In this document: positions 59,319 through 62,381 of the stretch, in pieces
How the letters are laid out: each line of letters starts with the position of its first letter
Position numbering within the stretch: position 1 is the first letter of the stretch
Source of the DNA: a virus
Lineage: Duplodnaviria > Caudoviricetes
Length of the DNA: 62,381 bases
Virus record (IMG/VR): IMGVR_UViG_3300013125_000007
Location: 1 to 62,381 of that record
Direction: 5' to 3' (one strand)
Notes under the pieces: generated by a model
What the model saw: the letters and a program-made list of their open reading frames with translations, nothing else
Databases searched by the model: none
What the model was told of the DNA's origin: nothing
Position numbers and translations under genes: made by a program

Positions 59319-59562
59319 CATTTTAAAAGAATCTACCTCTTATTTATCATCAAATTTATAGATTTTTTATATTTATAGTAAATAATAAATATAGTAGAAA
59401 TAAACTGTATTAATGATACCAGTTGGTCTAACATAAGTACTTATAATTTTATTAATTTATATATACAACATTAAAACAGATGCTTCTAAATGATAACAGA
59501 TTATAAAAATTTTATGCAACACAAAGGTATTAATGTGAATATAAATAATTTGGAGAATATAA

Positions 59563-60735
59563 ATGGCAAATTATAATATTTGGCCTGGAAGCGCATCATT
59601 AGCAGAAGTTAGTCAATACACAAATTTTGGATTCTATAATTCAGATGTGAATTTCATAAGTGAATCTATTGCATCTACAAAATGGGCAGCATCTAGATTA
59701 GGATATCCAGTTAATGATGTTGAATTGACAAATTCAAATTTTATATCTGCATTTGAAGAAGCTGTTAATGAATATAGTGCGATGGTAAATGCAAATAATA
59801 TAAAAGAATATATGTTTTTATTACAAGGTAGTTCTAAAAATGTAAATTTAACCGGTAGAGAAATTCGAGGTGGATTAGGAAGAATAATTAAACTTGTAGA
59901 TGCATACGGTGCAGAAGTTGGGGCAGGTGGTGATGTATCCTGGAAAACAGGAAGTATCATGCTTACAAGTGGTACACAAGTATATGACTTAAATACTTTA
60001 TTTGCAGCAGCATCTGAATCCGGTAATTCAATAAGAATTAAAAGAATATTTCACGATAGAGAACCAGCGCAACTACGTCAATTTGATCCAATGGGTATTA
60101 GTTCACCAATTGGTATAAGTGGTATAGGTAACCTGAATGGATTATCCGGTGGTGGTTCACTTGGATATCCAGGAACATCATATATTCTTAGACCTGTATA
60201 TGAAGATGTATTAAGAATGCAAGCAATTGAATTTAATGATCAAATTAGAAGAAGTGCATATACATTTGAAATTATAAATAATCAATTAAGAATATTTCCT
60301 ATACCTAAACAGGATTTTCCACTTTGGTTTCATTATGTAGTTAAAAACGAAAGTGATATTGCTTATACAAGTGGAAGTGTAGGTGAAGGAAAAATAACAG
60401 ATCCAGCAGATATTCCATATCAAAATATTATTTATTCTAATATCAATTCAGTTGGTCGACAATGGATTAGAAGATATTTTTTAGCATTATGTAAAATTAC
60501 AATGGGTGGTATTAGAGCTAAATTTACCAATATACCAATACCTGGTTCTGAAGTTAGTTTAGATGGTGAATCTTTGCGTAATGAAGGTACAACAGAAAGA
60601 ACTGCATTAATTGAGGAATTAAGAGATATGTTAGAAAAAAGTGGTAAGAAAAATCAACTTGCAAATAAACAAGAAGAAGACGAAAATATTCAGAAAATTT
60701 TATCCAAGATACCTCTTGGAATATTTGTAATGTAA
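59563..60735 (+). CDS. Neck/head-completion protein (gp13-like)
   Basis: RLGYPVNDVEL, WIRRYFLALCK...G.IRAKF..IP.PG.EVSLDG. Confidence 0.85.
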   Translation: MANYNIWPGSASLAEVSQYTNFGFYNSDVNFISESIASTKWAASRLGYPVNDVELTNSNFISAFEEAVNEYSAMVNANNIKEYMFLLQGSSKNVNLTGREIRGGLGRIIKLVDAYGAEVGAGGDVSWKTGSIMLTSGTQVYDLNTLFAAASESGNSIRIKRIFHDREPAQLRQFDPMGISSPIGISGIGNLNGLSGGGSLGYPGTSYILRPVYEDVLRMQAIEFNDQIRRSAYTFEIINNQLRIFPIPKQDFPLWFHYVVKNESDIAYTSGSVGEGKITDPADIPYQNIIYSNINSVGRQWIRRYFLALCKITMGGIRAKFTNIPIPGSEVSLDGESLRNEGTTERTALIEELRDMLEKSGKKNQLANKQEEDENIQKILSKIPLGIFVM

Positions 60736-60739
60736 TTAT

Positions 60740-61204
60740 ATGTCAAGATTTATATCAGCAAATGACGTTAAATTCTTTCAGTCTATAAATAGAGAATTAA
60801 TAAATGATGTAATTGAAACTGAAATATCCATTTTCAAAAGTATACCCGAAGATTCAAACCCAGAAGATATTTATGGTGAATCAGTTGATAGATCATATTA
60901 CTCTGGAATTACAATTAACTGTATAATTGACAGGTCTTCACAGGATAGTAAGTTTTTAGATCAAGGTGTTACAACTATTCAATCATTTGTTGCATCCATT
61001 AATAGATTACATGCAGTTGAAAAAAACATAATACCAGAAGTTGGTGATATTGTGTGGTGGAATGGATTTTATTACGAAATAAGTAATACAAATGAAAATC
61101 AATATATTGCAGGAAGAAAAGAAGATGATTATAATTGGTCATATATTATTACTGCACAATTGACAAATACTTCATTCATTAATATAACAGAGAGATTACA
61201 ATAA
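60740..61204 (+). CDS. Neck/head-closure protein (gp14-like)
   Basis: DIYGES, PEVGDIVWWNGFYYEI; position after the gp13-like gene. Confidence 0.7.
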   Translation: MSRFISANDVKFFQSINRELINDVIETEISIFKSIPEDSNPEDIYGESVDRSYYSGITINCIIDRSSQDSKFLDQGVTTIQSFVASINRLHAVEKNIIPEVGDIVWWNGFYYEISNTNENQYIAGRKEDDYNWSYIITAQLTNTSFINITERLQ

Positions 61205-62085
61205 TGATTGAAAAAAGAGAAAACCAATATAGAAGAGATATAGATAGAATTAGCATACCAAAAATTAGTATTCAAAATATTGATACTGCTATTTTAACTT
61301 ATATAAAAGATACAATTAAACCTACCATAATCGAAAATGGAATACTTAGAGAAGTTCCAGTATATTATGCTACTCCACAGATTTGGAAAAATATCCAAGC
61401 ACATAATTGGTTTAGAGATGCGAAAAGTAATCAATTGATGGTACCATCAATTGTAATTAAAAATACTAGTATAACTAAACAAACTAATATGCCAATTGAT
61501 AAGTTAGATGGTAATATGGTTAGAACAGTTATAACACAGTGGGATAAAAGTAATAGATATGATTCATATGCTGCGACTACTCAATATAAACCACCTGTAA
61601 AATATTTTTATACAACAGTTCCTGATTATGTTGTAGTATCATATGAAGTGAAAATATGGACAGGATTTTTAAAACACATGAATTTTTTACTTGAAAGATT
61701 TATATATGCAGAAAATGCATATTGGGGTGGAGAAAATTATAAATTTAGAACATCATATGATTCTATGGATAAAACTATTGAATTATCTGAGGGTGAAAAC
61801 AGAGCAGTATTATCAACGTTTAATATGAGTGTTTATGGATATATAATTCCAGAATACGTAGGAGTTAAAAACACGTCAAATGTATTTGTGAGTCCTGCAA
61901 AAATTATATTAACAAGTGAATTGGCAGCAGAAACATCACAAGTAGAAAAACCAGTATTTACTAAGATGATAGTAAACGATGTTGAAAAAGAAAAGAAAAT
62001 CAGTACGGATTCTACATTTATTACACTTGATGAAGAATATTTTAAGGTTGATGATCCAAACAACCCAACAAATCAACAGATATAG
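61204..62085 (+). CDS. Tail terminator/sheath stabiliser (gp15-like)
   Basis: VPVYYATPQIW, VPDYVVVSYEVKIWT, FNMSVYGYIIP. Confidence 0.7.
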   Translation: MIEKRENQYRRDIDRISIPKISIQNIDTAILTYIKDTIKPTIIENGILREVPVYYATPQIWKNIQAHNWFRDAKSNQLMVPSIVIKNTSITKQTNMPIDKLDGNMVRTVITQWDKSNRYDSYAATTQYKPPVKYFYTTVPDYVVVSYEVKIWTGFLKHMNFLLERFIYAENAYWGGENYKFRTSYDSMDKTIELSEGENRAVLSTFNMSVYGYIIPEYVGVKNTSNVFVSPAKIILTSELAAETSQVEKPVFTKMIVNDVEKEKKISTDSTFITLDEEYFKVDDPNNPTNQQI

Positions 62086-62094
62086 GAATTAATA

Positions 62095-62381
62095 ATGGCA
62101 AAATACATAAGTAAATGGACAGGTTTACAAATAGATACTGCGATAAGTAAGTCTTTAAATATATACGAGGTTTCCAATATTTACCAAAGTGGGTCTTATG
62201 TTGGTATAAATAATCAACATCCTACATCACAATTTGATGTCATAGGTTCCGGTATATTTAGAGGCGATTTAATAGTAACTGGTTCGTTAATTGCAGGTGA
62301 TATATTAAATATAACCGAACAAACAGCTAGCTTATCTGGAAGCTTAATAATTTCAAATTCATTTCAATATATTGATGGTAA
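62095..62381 (+). CDS. Partial ORF, tail-fibre-like structural protein (runs off the window)
   Basis: ATG 62095: MAKYISKWTGLQID...VGINNQHPTSQFDVIGSG; no stop before the window end. Confidence 0.65.
   Translation, partial: MAKYISKWTGLQIDTAISKSLNIYEVSNIYQSGSYVGINNQHPTSQFDVIGSGIFRGDLIVTGSLIAGDILNITEQTASLSGSLIISNSFQYIDG

Noticed and set aside
1047-62063. All minus-strand ORFs in the track (e.g. 34636..35136, 43579..44037, 51151..51522)
   Set aside because: They are antisense shadows of well-supported + strand genes, with no motifs or RBS.
1-62381. Stop-codon reassignment, as seen in some large phages
   Set aside because: Core genes are full length in the standard code, and TAA, TAG and TGA all terminate genes at sensible positions.
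1-62381. Cellular or giant-virus (NCLDV) origin, suggested by def, rpsU and the Mre11-Rad50 fusion
   Set aside because: The complete T4-like head, neck and baseplate gene set identifies a tailed phage, and these genes are embedded in phage operons.

Overview
This very AT-rich 62.4-kb window is part of a large T4-like (myovirus-type) phage genome. Essentially every credible gene is on the + strand and reads in the standard code. From left to right it contains: (i) a small-gene accessory region (1-3 kb) with decayed attC-like cassette junctions, a HAD hydrolase and a SpoU methyltransferase; (ii) DNA ligase, RNA ligase, deoxyribosyltransferase-like, metallopeptidase, peptide deformylase, lytic transglycosylase, HD hydrolase and gp55-like sigma factor genes (3-14.8 kb); (iii) a baseplate/tail module (14.9-33.2 kb); (iv) a resolvase-like nuclease, a tnpB remnant, primase and a fused Mre11-Rad50 gene (33-38 kb); (v) a large tail protein and an unusual nucleotidyltransferase/Zn-finger/ligase fusion; (vi) the head module with terminase, portal, prohead protease, scaffold and major capsid genes, interspersed with a (p)ppGpp-hydrolase-like gene, ribosomal protein bS21 and a variable set of small genes carrying a shared N-terminal leader; (vii) an inserted endonuclease-methyltransferase fusion and neck genes. 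The layout resembles bS21-encoding large phages thought to infect Bacteroidota/FCB hosts (inference). All calls come from motif reading by eye, and no database search was run. The strongest leads are the integron-like cassette remnants, a putative capsid-targeting leader system for injected proteins, bS21 combined with SD-led late genes, and the nuclease-MTase unit flanked by a duplicated regulatory block.
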